Of a DNA stretch of 64,000 nucleotides, positions 1 to 13,018 are shown one piece after another. Under the pieces are notes generated by a model that saw only the letters and a list, made by a program, of their open reading frames with translations, did no database searches and was not told the DNA's origin. Source of the stretch: Octopus sinensis (taxonomy: Eukaryota); the NCBI RefSeq assembly GCF_006345805.1, contig NC_043002.1, positions 98,952,001 to 99,016,000 on the forward strand, given 5' to 3'. The translations under genes and the position numbers were made by a program. Every line of letters begins with the position of its first letter. Position 1 is the stretch's first letter.

Positions 1-948
1 AGGCCACTTTATTCGAGTAAAATTCTTCAAGTCGGTGCCTCAGCAGCATAGCCGTAATGAAATGACTGAAAGAATTAAAAAAGAAAAAGATTTAAAAATA
101 TATTTTATTTTTATTTGTTACAGTCTTTGGGCCGCGGCCATGCTTGAGCACTGCCTTAAGCAGAGAGACGTACATGCAGATAGATAGACAAACACACACA
201 CATACACAGACACACAGACACACAAGTATATACACACATTCGAACCATTGTGGAAGTTCTTTTATTTGCTCTGCCAATAGGGATAATATTTCTCCAATTT
301 GTCTTTTCAATAAGAATGCTGAAAGACATATTGTATGACAATTACACGCAGAAATACTTTTGCTACAAATGATTTACTTAAATTCCAATACAAGCACAAC
401 AGGCTATAGAATTCCATAGGTTTTACATTCACACCAATTGATTGAAATACAATGTGAATCACTGGATTTCCCTTATATACATTTTCCATTCATTATATTT
501 ACGAAAGGAATTGCTTTTAAAACATTGGTAAATATTTTTATTGACTTTGAAAGCCAATCCATGGATTGAAAGTGCACAATTACAATACTGGCAATCCAGA
601 GTTTTGTAGTGTAGCAAAAAATCTGGATTGCCTGTTTTGAAATTGTTGAACTCCGACCATAGACTATTATGACTTACTTAAAACGAACCGCTCGGATATT
701 TTTGTTTTCCTGTTTAGCTGTTTTACTTATGTTTATATGTGATAGTGGTCAATATTTTTGATTAAGAACGAGCTCTACGCAAATAAATCGCTCTTGAATT
801 ACACCATGAGGATCAAAATTGCGGTAGGGACAATGTAACTACTAACGGAATTCGGCAAAAGTACACACACTCAAACATATACACACATACGACAGATTCA
901 CACACACATTCATATATACACGTTGGAATATGTTGAATAAATTACAAG

Positions 949-1305
949 AATTACAAACGCCATATAAAAAAAGGGAAACCGTGAAAAACGAATGAAAAGC
1001 ACCTAATATGCTCAATACACGTTATAGAGGATATTGTCTTTTTTTTTTATCGAAACCGTTTCACGCACTTGCCACTTTTAGGCGAGAACTGGTAGGACTC
1101 GATATTGGTTGTGTATTTATATCATTTGCGGTGTGTGTATGTGTGTGTGTGTGGTGTGTGTGTGTGTTTGTGTGTGTGTGCATGTGTGTATATCTATGTA
1201 TGTCTATGTGCCTGTGTTTGTTCATTGGCTTGCATTTCGGATTTATTGATTAGGTGATTTTCATTGGTTGCTCGTGGTTTCTTTTTTGATGTGGCGTTTG
1301 TAATT
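949..1305. repeat. Old inverted repeat (949-1007 / 1249-1305) around a GT microsatellite
   Basis: aattacaaacgccat...gaaaagcacctaat pairs with attaggtgattttcatt...tggcgtttgtaatt at roughly 80% identity. Confidence 0.65.
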
Positions 1306-1524
1306 ATTGTCATTGTAAGTGTGATGGTTTGTTATTAAGCTCCTTAGTGTTTATTTGTGATTATCTATCTACCTATCAATCTATCTGTCTGCATACCAAA
1401 CTATCTATCTATTTATCTACTTATATATAAATATATATATGTATATATGTACGTATATGTATGTAATTTATATATATATATATATGCATAATTATATACA
1501 TACATACATGCATACATACATACA

Positions 1525-1570
<46 letters not shown>

Positions 1571-1574
<4 letters not shown>

Positions 1575-1873
1575 AATAATATAGGATGAAATTAATTAAT
1601 TTGGAATAATCATTAATTTCACCAAGTAGATTTCGGCATGTAAAAGCCTCATTCGAGGAAAGTTTAAGTAATACTAAGTAATTAAGGGTTTAGCAACGAT
1701 TTGCCTCACCACACACCGAATTTAGAAATAACAGTCAAAGAGTTATAGCATTCTTTCTACTAAAAGGGAGATCTCCCTTTTAGTAGAAAGAATAGCTATA
1801 ACTCTTTGACTGCTATTTCCAAATTCGGTGTGTGGTGAGGCAAATCGTTGCTAAACCCTTAATTACTTAGTAT
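1571..1873. mobile_element. Asymmetric fold-back element: ~100-bp-arm palindrome plus extension with a degenerate hammerhead-like motif
   Basis: Palindrome 1671-1873 centred on AGATCT (1769-1774), with 2 mismatches and 1 indel. Minus strand 1660-1621 reads CGAATGA-ggc(ttttacat)gcc-GAAA. Bounded by (TA)n on both sides. Confidence 0.8.
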
Positions 1874-2248
1874 ATATATATACCTGTATGTATGCTCATG
1901 GGGCCAAATGGGACCATGGATGCACACAGAATGCATATCTTAAACAGTTGTAAGTCGAAAATACATAAATAAATGTATAAAACCCATTATTTAATGCCTA
2001 TCTTATATATCACTTTGTAAAAACATACCAAGTTAACTCAGTAATGCAAAAGGTGGCTTTACAAATTTGTCTGGTGATGAACTTCGATTTCAGGTTTGGA
2101 CTTCGGATCACCTGGAGTTCAATACTAATCACTAAACCTTTTGTTAGCCTGGTGCATTTGTATCACCAGAAAGGTTAAGGAGTATTTTGCTCGGATTACC
2201 AATCTCTTATACATACATATATACATACATGCATACATAGTACATACA

Positions 2249-2283
<35 letters not shown>

Positions 2284-2328
2284 CTATCTATCTATATGTC
2301 AATCGATCTATCTATCTATCCATCTATG

Positions 2329-2364
<36 letters not shown>

Positions 2365-3053
2365 TATATTTTAACTATAGATAACCTAGCTATAGTGCAT
2401 TGATGAGATTATTTTCTCTTACGCCTAAAAGCACAGCCTACCCACGAACTAGCAAAACATATCTATACATATGTCTGTATGAATTCGATATCATTTATAT
2501 CGCTCGAGTACTTCGAATTCGTATTTGAATATTTCGCTTAGGTGTAGCAATACTAATAACTTGGTATTAGAACTTTGTATACTTCAGAAGTGCAAAGTGT
2601 AATGATATTATGCAACGAGAAATGAACAACAAATTATGTCATGAATCCCAGTAATGTCATTGTTAGTTTGATAATATCCACACTTGAAAGGGTTGGCTAG
2701 TAAGTGATTCAGAAATTGCTTATAAATCTTGCTCAGCATTTACCTAAGCGTTGCTACAACGTGGTCCTTTTCTGATAAGTAGTTGCAGAAGCAAGATGCC
2801 CCAGAAAAGCTCAAGGACGATCAACAATATTCAGAGGGTTAGCATAACAAAGAAACGAGTTCAAATGACGTGCAAGATCTGAAGAGGAGTGAAATCGAAT
2901 GAAAATAAGTGTAAAGACAGTTAAGTCACAAACACTGCCAAAGCAATAACAACAACGATAGCAGCAATAACAACAACTACAAAAACAAAAGGAAACAAGA
3001 ATCCTCATGAAAATGTATTAAAATTGAATTAGAATATATGAAGCTGACTGAAT

Positions 3054-3373
3054 AAACTCCTTCCAAAATGATTTGAAATGAAGAGAAATGAATGCTGCAG
3101 AGAGAAGCTAAAACGAAATGTGATGAACAGAAGGAGAAGGGAAATATTTAAAAGGAAAGCGTTTAAAAGCGAATGAAAACAAGTGGAGGAGATTTAAAAG
3201 GATATTAAACAGGAAAACAACTAAAAAGTACAATATGGCGAGAGGGATTTAGAGAAATGAAAAAAGACACTGAAAGAAAGGAAATGTATTGAAGCTGCAC
3301 AAGAAGACATAAATATGATTGACAATAGGGATAATTACTGTAAAGAACTGAAACAGCTTAAATGGAAGAGAAT
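3054..3373 (+). repeat. 320-bp segment duplicated at 5809-6127 (~97% identical)
   Basis: Direct repeat aaactccttccaaaatg...aaatggaagagaat. Confidence 0.93.
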
Positions 3374-3539
3374 AAGGAGAGCGGGAAAATGACAGGAAAA
3401 TGGTCTTAAAATGGCAGAAAAGACACACAACACGAGTGAAAAGTACTGTAGAAAAAATAAACTGGATTTGATAGAAAGAGATTGTCAATTATTGAAAGGC
3501 GCTTGAAAATTTGTTTTTAGAGAAACGAATACGTAAACA

Positions 3540-3740
3540 TAAACACACACACACACACAAACATATGTATGTATATATGTATGTATTATGTGTGTATGTA
3601 TGTATTATGTATGTATGTATGTATGTATGTATCTATCTATCAATCTATCTATGTAAATATGCATGTATATATATATATAATATATATATATATATATACA
3701 CATATATACACATATATCACGTATATGTATGTATGTATAC

Positions 3741-3787
<47 letters not shown>

Positions 3788-3806
3788 CATATATATATAT
3801 ACATAT

Positions 3807-3838
<32 letters not shown>

Positions 3839-3935
3839 CATATATACATATATATATGCATATATATAAGTTTATATATATATGTATATATATATATATA
3901 TATATATAAGTATGCATATATATATATGTATAAAT
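3540..3935. repeat. CA/TATG/TA compound microsatellite
   Basis: Read directly; one of many such tracts (e.g. 8255-8720, 14414-14600, 21060-21300, 31580-32005, 50812-50990). Confidence 0.97.
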
Positions 3936-4593
3936 AAATATTCATAAAACCAGAAATAAAGACTGAGGAAAGTAGGCAGTACGTTACAAAAAAACCCAAA
4001 ACAAACGGAAGATGACAAAAATGTGCGCACACATGCACAGAATCATCTGACCGCGTGAGCGCACACATGGGCCACGTCACACAGACCGCATACACACTTA
4101 CACCCACTGAATTTCTGCTTCTGATAAAAGAATGAAGATCCTTGTATTTTGAAATTTCAGAAATACAACGTACAATTTTTTTTTTATATTTATCGCGTTA
4201 AATGATGTATCAAGCTAGAATTTTGATGATGATAATACAACTTTCACATTCTTACAAAGAAACAAAACTAAAAGCAAACATCTTTAAAGCTTATTTTCTT
4301 GAGAAATCTTGACAAAGTGATATAAATAGAGAAAAATTTTACAATTAAAATGGATTTAGTTTTTTTTATTTATTGGTTTACTTTAATTAAAAATTAATAT
4401 AATTAGTAACACGTATAATTTATTTTGCAAACGTAAAATGCACGTTATTTAATTAAATAATACAGATTTTGTAAATGGAATTGTGCATCGCAACATCTAA
4501 TGAAAAGACATTTAAAGTTGTGATAAATCAAACCGCAAACAGTTTATGAGATAGCGTTGTGATTAGGTAAACCTAACTTAGTGCATGAATACT

Positions 4594-4976
4594 GGAAGCA
4601 CTCCGTCGGTTACGACGACGAGGGTTCCGGTTGATCCGAATCAACGGAACAGCCCGCTCGTGAAATTAACGTGTAAGTGGCTGAGCACTCCACAGACACG
4701 TGTACCCTTAACGTAGTTCTCGGGGATATTCAGCGTGACACAGAGAATGACAAGGCCGGCCCTTTGAAATACAGGTACGACAGAAAGAGGAAGTAAGAGT
4801 GAGAGAAAGTTGTGGTGAAAGAGTACAGCAGGGATCACCACCATCACCTGCCGGAGCCTCGTGGAGCTTTAGGTGTTTTCGCTCAATAAACACTCACAAC
4901 GCTCGGTCTGGGAATCGAAACCGCGATCCTATGACCGCGAGTCCGCTGCCCTAACCACTGGGCCATTGCGCCTCCA
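4594..4976 (-). mobile_element. tRNA-derived SINE family A, full-length
   Basis: Head GTGGAGGCGCAATGGCCCAGTGGTTAGG...GGTTTCGATTCCC carries A and B boxes. 10-bp TSD catgaatact at 4584-4593 / 4977-4986. Confidence 0.9.
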
Positions 4977-5808
4977 CATGAATACTACTAAAAAAGGGAA
5001 AGCCAGCCTTTGCTCGCCAGCTCATAAGAGCTTACTTCCGAGTTCTAATTCTTGCGAGGTTGACATTATCTTCCATTCTTTCAGGGTCGATTAAATTACC
5101 AGTTGAGTACTGGGATCGATGTAATCGACTAACCTCGCACCCTACCCTACTAATGAAATTGCTGGTCTTGCGTCAATGTATGAAATCAATATGTAACATG
5201 CTTTTGCTAATGGTTTTATGGGGCCTAAGTAATTGTGAATAGACATAAATACCGTGTTTTTCGGTATCAATTTTACTCTAACGCCTTAAAAATAAACGAA
5301 TATATTGAAGATTCATTAATATAATATAGCAGAAAAGATGGTTACAACTTGAGTGCTGGTCTTGCCACGTGATTTTAACACAATGTAAAACGTGTTATAA
5401 AACTATGAACTGCGCCTAATTGTTCGACCGACTACCGACAGATTACAGGTTTGCTAGAAAAGAACTAGCCTGTGGTTACAAGAAAACATCATCGTGTATA
5501 TAGGTTGGCAAAATCTTTCTTTACAACCCTGGGATATTAACGATGTATAAATATATTTGTTTTGGGTATGCACATTTGCGTCCTCACTAGTATAAAGCAC
5601 AAAACACTTTGCATTGTAGCAGGACAAAAGTTAAACAATATCAGCATATTTAGTTCTGATACTGCAACACCTCTGCTTCACTATCTTCTTAAAATAAAGG
5701 AAGGCAATAGAAACAGATGATTATTAATATTAATTTCAAACTTTTTCACAAGGCCAGCAATTTCGGAGCAGGGTTGAGCCATTTATATAGATCTCCAGGG
5801 TTCAACTA

Positions 5809-6127
5809 AAACTCCTTCCAAAATGATTTGAAATGAAGAGAAATGAATGCTGCAGAGAGAAGCTAAAATGAAATGTGAGACCAGAAGGAGAGGGGAAATA
5901 TTTAAAAGGAAAGCATTTAAAAGCGAATGAAAACAAGTGGAGGAGATTTAAAAGGATATTAAACAGGAAAACAACTAAAAAGTACAATATGGCGAGAGGG
6001 ATTTAGAGAAATGAAAAAAGACACTGAAAGAAAGGAAATGTATTGAAGCTGCGCAAGAAGACATAAATATGATTGACAATAGGGATAATTACTGTAAAGA
6101 ACTGAAGCAGCTTAAATGGAAGAGAAT
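5809..6127 (+). repeat. Second copy of the 320-bp segment, embedded in a SINE remnant
   Basis: Flanked by ...ccagggttcaact and tttacagacc..gatgaaaggcatggtcgacctcggcagaatttggactcagaac. Confidence 0.9.
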
Positions 6128-8283
6128 TTTACAGACCTCAAAATGATGAAAGGCATGGTCGACCTCGGCAGAATTTGGACTCAGAACACGAAAACTAAAT
6201 GGTTATTTTCTTTTCAGGAATCAGAAAAAAATGAAAATATAGTCTTCTGCTCGTTTCGAACAAGGATATTATAACGAACCAACTCTATATTATGTATAAG
6301 ATTGTTGTCACCACCCGAGCGTTTCGAAGTAAGACCACATTAAAACAACATCACTTGCGAAGTCATTAATGGAGTTCCACGAACTGAAAAACTGAATATA
6401 AACAGAGACGAACTGAATATAAACAGAGAAGTACTTAGATTGTAAAGAAACTGCCCGAGCAATGCTCTAATGCAATGTCAACCGGTGTCTTTGGTAACGC
6501 AAGACCATTAGAATAATTTTACTATAACGAAGGTAACTGCCTCACCCAAATACTCCATGAGAATAATTATATAATCTGATTGACAGAGTTTAATACTGAA
6601 AACGAAATGCCTTCCTGTAACACTAAGAAAGCAGTAATCTATAACAGAAGAAAAGAAAATCTATAACAGAAGAAAATACGACGCAGGATGCTGTTAACTG
6701 TCATCAAGTAGTTTCAACAAAGAATGGAAATCGATTTGCTTTCTCGGTTCGACGTAGATTTATTACTGCACCTTGAAAATGGGAGATCAGTTTAGAATAC
6801 ATCAAATTTATTTTCATCGCTTAAAATACTAATTATTATCTGGAAGTAGATAAAGTCCTTGAGACACTGAAGTTGATATCCTTTTATTCATGATAATTTA
6901 TTGAAATCGGACGGATGACAGCTAGAGGCAATAAGCAACTCTGACGAAATTTAAGCTATGTTCGTTGTAAGCTAAGATTACATAACATAGGTCGTTTAGT
7001 TCCGCGCATTTCATTTCTATCAGCTCGTCAACTGTTAGAATATATAGAATATGAGTATCCACTTAATTAGGCATAAGAGACTCTATATTCAAGGTCAATA
7101 ATTCAAGGAGACAAAGTCGCTCTTTTCTCAAGTGCTTTAACAGCATAAATGAACTTGTCATTGAACAGAAATGGAAGTTTTGTTGTAGTTTCGACTCTCC
7201 TGAAGTTTAACAGCTGTACACTGAACGTTATCAATTACATATGTAATATTACGTAAGTTACTTCTGACGTGGCCATGTGGTTAGGTTGCTGTACACATTG
7301 TTGGAAGATCATGGTTTCGAATACCGGACCGGGCGGCACGTTTTGTTATGGAATAATGTACTTCATTTCACTTTGCTCTAGGTCATTCAGCTGTAAATGA
7401 ATTTCAGTAATAGCTGGGAAGTTAATCCTGCGATCAACCGGCGTCCTGGTCAGTGTGTTGTAATATCAGTGGCTTATACGCCACGTAATTTGGGTTCATT
7501 CGCGGTGTTGACTCACTGTCGTGAGTATTAGGGATCACCAAGAATAAAATTCTTAAGTGCAATAACAAAATTCGCAAAAAGCTTTATGATATTCAAAAAG
7601 GTTCTTCAAATTTATTAACGTTAGGCGAAATTATTGACTGATAGTTGGGGAAACAATAACTGAATCTTTGACTGATTCGTCGCAAAAATCATACTTACGT
7701 TGTATGCCACAGACTTTTGAAATACTTATTATTTTTATTTGGTTCATAGGCGTAAATACATAAATTTATAGAGAACAAAATGAGATTATGTGATTGTTCG
7801 GTTGTATTAAATAATATTTTAAGAGTTTCTCAAAGAACAAACGGTAATGTTCGTGGCCATTTCCTCAGAACATCTGAAACCAGAGAAATAAATGAAGGCA
7901 ATTATACTCCGATCTGAGATTTGGTCCCTATGGTTGCAACAGAATGTCCACCGCATCTAGAGTTATATTGGTGGTGTTAACTCAGAACGCACAAGGCTTT
8001 GGTCAACTCAAGGCGTTAGACGTTACTTATACAAAGTGCCCTGCAATGGGATAGAACCTAAACTACATAGAGCAGATGTGTATGAACTAATAACATAATA
8101 CTGTACCCATGACTTCCCGTTGATTACCAACTCAGGAACATTTTCTAAAAGTTAACAGCAACAATAACAACAACCATAAGCAACAGCACAGCAAGAAAGT
8201 CAAAACAGAAAAGCGAATATTAGAAACGATGTCTCAGAGTGTGGAAATTCTGTTTCGTACATACATATATACATACATATATG

Positions 8284-8333
<50 letters not shown>

Positions 8334-8418
8334 AAATATATATATATATAAATATATATATATATATGTATATATATATCTGTATATATATAGCATATAT
8401 ATATAGTATATATATATG

Positions 8419-8478
<60 letters not shown>

Positions 8479-8517
8479 ATTTATATAATATATATATATA
8501 TACATATATTTATATAG

Positions 8518-8552
<35 letters not shown>

Positions 8553-8658
8553 ATATATAGCATATATATAAAGTATATATATGTATGCATATATATGTGC
8601 ATATATATATATACATATATTCATATAGTATATATACATACACACACACACACACACA

Positions 8659-8712
<54 letters not shown>

Positions 8713-8723
<11 letters not shown>

Positions 8724-9222
8724 GAAATGAAGAAAATGCTGACAAATAATTGAAGTAATTTAAGTAATTTAATTAGGTGAAAGTTCTTTTTACCGGTTGC
8801 GCATTTGTTATGCTTATCAAAATATAAAAGAAAGATTAGAGTCTGTCTCTTATATGTGAAAAAAAAGGCTCCAGAGTTGTTTTGGATTTGCTTGGTTTCG
8901 CGCCTAAAATTTTGATTGGTCATTATGAAGGGGTCACGTGAATGTTTGAATGGAAGTTGGTGTTGGGGTAAGAAAAAAGGCTCCAGAGAAGTTAAAATTT
9001 GGCTAGTGTCCCGCCTAAAATTTCTTATTGGCCATAATAAAGAGGTCACGTGAATGTTTAGAATTTTCGAAAATAGTGTTGTTGAAAATTCTTATTGTTC
9101 AGGCTGGTCAGTAGACGTCATGTGGATATTTTAAATAGCTTGTTAGCGCGTAGTTAGGGAGTGTATTTTCCGCTTGACTGGATAAGTAAGTTCGTTTAGA
9201 ACAGGGAGAGCTGTATGTATGT
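8713..9222 (-). repeat. Left inverted arm: inverted copy of the PLE 3' region (pLTR)
   Basis: Reverse complement of 11835-12346 with only a few substitutions and indels. Confidence 0.95.
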
Positions 9223-11512
9223 AAAATAACACAGGACAGGGAAAAGAAACATAAACTAATTAAAGTCATCAATTTAACCAATACAGAACCCAACCCCAAC
9301 CTTCTCAACTTACTCTCCAAATGTCTGAAATTCACACCAACCCCCCCACGTCCAAACTACTACGAAATGAAGGAAGACATTACAGAATTTTGTAGAAAAT
9401 TGCGACTTAGTGAGGAACTATTCGACCAGCACAATGAGGATGAGTCACTAGCTAGAAATAAAAGCAACTACACCCCACGAAAAGGTAGAAATAAAATCCT
9501 AGACGAATTCTGTGAGCACATTACAAACTTCCCCTACCAACACTTACACAAACCAAAACCCAAACCAAACCTCAACAAGAAAGAGTGGGAAGAATTAAAC
9601 AAATAAAAAATGAAAGATCTATCACCATTAAAGAGGCCGATAAAGGAAGTGCAGTAGTCTTAATGGAGACAGAATACTATATCAACTTAGCACTCTCTAC
9701 CTTGGAAAATGGAACATATTACGAAAAGGCTGAACACTACAATCAACAGAAAATTATGAGAAACTTAAAAACCCTGATCAACCCCCACAAAGAAGAACTC
9801 ACTAACAAAGAATTCAACTTCATCACAAATTTCACTAGTAAAACCAGCCTCTTCTACGGTATTCCCAAAATTCATAAAAGCGAATTAATAAGTAAGGCAT
9901 GCAAGGAAGCCACAAACTCTGTAATCAATGTCCCCTCACCAAATGACCTCAAATTGAGACCTATAATAGCAGGTCCCGCTTGCGAAACCCACCGCCTTAG
10001 CAACTTCATTGATACCCTTCTCAAGCCGTTCCTCAAACACATTAAAAGCTACATAAGGGACGATCTAGATATGCTCAACCACCTCCCCGATACACTTCTT
10101 GCTGAACAAACCCTGCTAGTAACATTCGATGTAGTCAATCTTTACTCCAACATCCCCCACAACCTAGGAATAGAAGCTATCCAATTCTGGCTGGATAATT
10201 ACTCCAACGAACTCCCACACCGCATCAAAAAGGAATTTATTTTAGAAGGACTCAAATTCATCTTAGAGAATAATTTCTTCACCTTCAACAACAAATTCTA
10301 CAGACAGAAATCAGGGACGGCAATGGGAACGAAAACAGCTCCCACTTACGCCAACTTAGTCATGGGATACCTGGAAATCACCCTCTATAATAACGTTCTT
10401 AACCAATTTGGCACCACTCTCCACACACACATAGAGAAGAACTGGAAGAGATATCTTGATGACTGCTTCATCCTTGGCCCGAAACCGTCGAGAAGCTTAA
10501 CGAATTTCACACTCTTATAAATGGGCTCAACACAAACATTATTTTCACAATGGAATACAGCCCTCAACAAATTCCCTTCCTCGACATCCTCATTAAAATT
10601 CACAACAAAAAAATAGAAACAGACATATACTACAAGCCCACAGACTCCAAGCAATACCTCCCTTTCAATTCATGCCACCCTAGACACGTTAAAATTAACA
10701 TTCCCTACAACTTAGCCAAGAGAATTTGGACTATAGTCTCCAATAAAAACACCCGTCTCTTACGTCTACAAGAACTCAAGGGCACATTAACAAGCAGGGA
10801 TTACCCCACGTCACTAATTGACAATGGGATCCAACGCGCCCTAAAACTCAGCACGCAGGAACTTAGACGCCCTAAACTGTTACATCGAAACCCCATACTC
10901 TACCATACATCTCTACACACAACCCCCTCAACAATGAAGCTTTTGACACCATCCTCCAGAACATTCCTGTATTACAAAAGGACCATAGAATGAACCAAAT
11001 CCTCCTAACACACGAAATCATAAAGAGCAAAAGGCAACCCAAATCATTGAAAACCATCCTAACAAATGCCAAAGTACTGCCAACCACAACAACTAAACCC
11101 ACAGTAAACAAATGCAATAGACCCAACTGTGGTATATGCATCAACCTAATAGAAGGTCCGGAATTCCTTTTTAAACAAGGACAACGTTTCACAGTAAAAC
11201 ACAACTTCACATGCGCATCAGAAAACCTAGTATATGTCTTAACTTGCTCGGGCTGTAATGAACACTACATAGGCCAAACAAAAAATAGCCTCCGCCAACG
11301 CATGACTGTTCACAGATCCCAAATAAAAATAACAGGAATATAGAAAAATAGCATTTAGTGCACATATTGATACCTGTGCCGCACAACTCCATCCCAATTT
11401 TAGAATCTTTCCCCTCTACAAATTTAAAGACAATGCCACTCATACCCAGCGAATAACCATGGAATCCCACCTTATTAATAAATACAGACCACTTCTAAAC
11501 ACATGCCCCTAA
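9223..11512 (+). pseudogene. PLE reverse transcriptase/GIY-YIG ORF broken by four small frameshifts and lacking its N-terminus
   Basis: ORF pieces 9367-9606, 9585-10520, 10550-10993 and 10990-11343, plus a terminal frame ending ...KYRPLLNTCP* (TAA 11510-11512), join into one PLE protein. The upstream in-frame KVINLT...LLSKCLKFTPTP is the typical PLE N-terminal motif and abuts the inverted arm at 9222. Confidence 0.9.
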
Positions 11513-11834
11513 CACGAACCCACAACAAACACACTTACACCTGCACACACCCTACACACACCTTTACCCAGATATTAACACCATGACACACACAAATATA
11601 TGGTTCCACACATACACATAATTGAATACGGGTGCAAAACATCCAACACTATTTTTTGGAAATGGCTGTAAATATTGACTTCACACAAATACGTTGCTTC
11701 CCGATACAGGCACAAGGCCAGCAGAACTATAAATATTGAAAATTGTACCCACACACACACACATATATACACGCGCGCGCGCCCCAAGATACATATAAAC
11801 ACACACACGTGCGCGCGCGCACACACACACACAT

Positions 11835-12346
11835 ACATACATACAGCTCTCCCTGTTCTAAACGAACTTACTTATCCAGTCAAGCGGAAAATACACTCCC
11901 TAACTACGCGCTAAAAAGCTATTTAAAATATCCACATGACGTCTACTGACCAGCCTGAACAATAAGAATTTTCAACAACACTATTTTCGAAAATTCTAAA
12001 CATTCACGTGACCTCTTATTATGGCCAATAAGAAATTTTAGGCGGGACACTAGCCAAATTTTAACTTCTCTGGAGCCTTTTTTCTTACCCCAACACCAAC
12101 TTCCATTCAAACATTCACGTGACCCCTTCATAATGACCAATCAAAATTTTAGGCGCGAAACCAAGCAAATCCAAAACAACTCTGGAGCCTCTTTTTTTCA
12201 CATATAAGAGACAGACTCTAATCTCTCTTTTATATTTTGATAAGCATAACAAATGCGCAACCGGTAAAAAGAACTTTCACCTAATTAAATTACTTAAATT
12301 ACTTCAATTATTTGTCAGCATTTTCTTCATTTCCTTTTTTATATAT
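11835..12346 (+). repeat. Right arm, the PLE 3' pLTR-like region
   Basis: Follows the ORF stop and a CA/CG microsatellite. Contains two ~111-bp subrepeats and a hammerhead-like motif. Confidence 0.9.
12235..12271 (+). ncRNA. Hammerhead-ribozyme-like motif, variant core (mirror copy at 8786-8822, minus strand)
   Basis: TTGATAA - stem II gcat/atgc (loop aacaa) - GCAA instead of GAAA - palindromic ACCGGT - GUA. Stem I is weak. The A13C deviation is present in both arms. Confidence 0.55.
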
Positions 12347-12375
12347 CACTACTCGTGTTCGACATCTCCTTTTTT

Positions 12376-12417
<42 letters not shown>

Positions 12418-13018
12418 ATACATGTGTGTGTATTTGTAAACACATAGATATATATAGCATACATATGTTTCACATATATATGTATAAGCGTTTGATAAAT
12501 AAACTTTCTGATAACTGAATAAAACTTCTTTCACTTTTATCGAATAAAATATTAAAACCAATTTGTTTTGATCTCAATCGAGAAACTTGGAAATATGTTT
12601 GGGCATTTCAGAAGCCGAACATTTAACATTTCAATTTAATTCTATATAGTATTATTAAGGGAAATTAAACAGTACAAGTGTTGTTTAAGAGACCTTATAA
12701 AAGAATATGTACAAAGTTGAAGAAAATAAAATAAAATATTGTACATAAAACATTATATACTTAAAATAGAAATAAAATAAAAACGAGATAAATACTAAAA
12801 GTGATGGTGCTAGTGAAGATAACGATTACGATGATGAATATGTACAACATTAGTGTAAAAAAAGAAAAAACATATTTTATGGTATTTGATGACGTTCCTT
12901 TATACTTCGTATTGATATTTGCTTAGGTTCATCTTTAGCATCGATTAAGAAATATTAATATTATCAGAGTTTACTCTTTAGTATCGAACAAGAAAATAGC
13001 AAAATATATCAAGTCTTA

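Larger units (their letters stand above)
8713..12375 (+). mobile_element. Penelope-like retroelement (EN+, C-terminal GIY-YIG; Neptune-like), 5'-truncated, with inverted terminal repeats
   Basis: RT motifs LVTFDVVNLYSNIPH, QKSGTAMGTKTAPTYANL and WKRYLDDCFIL. The linker KCNRPNCGIC precedes GIY-YIG LVYVLTCSGCNEHYIGQT. Arms 8713-9222 and 11835-12346 are ~99% identical inverted copies. TA-rich microsatellites flank both sides. Confidence 0.93.

Noticed and set aside
2878-2915. CTGAAGA...GAAA as a hammerhead
   Set aside because: No stem II or stem III can be formed.
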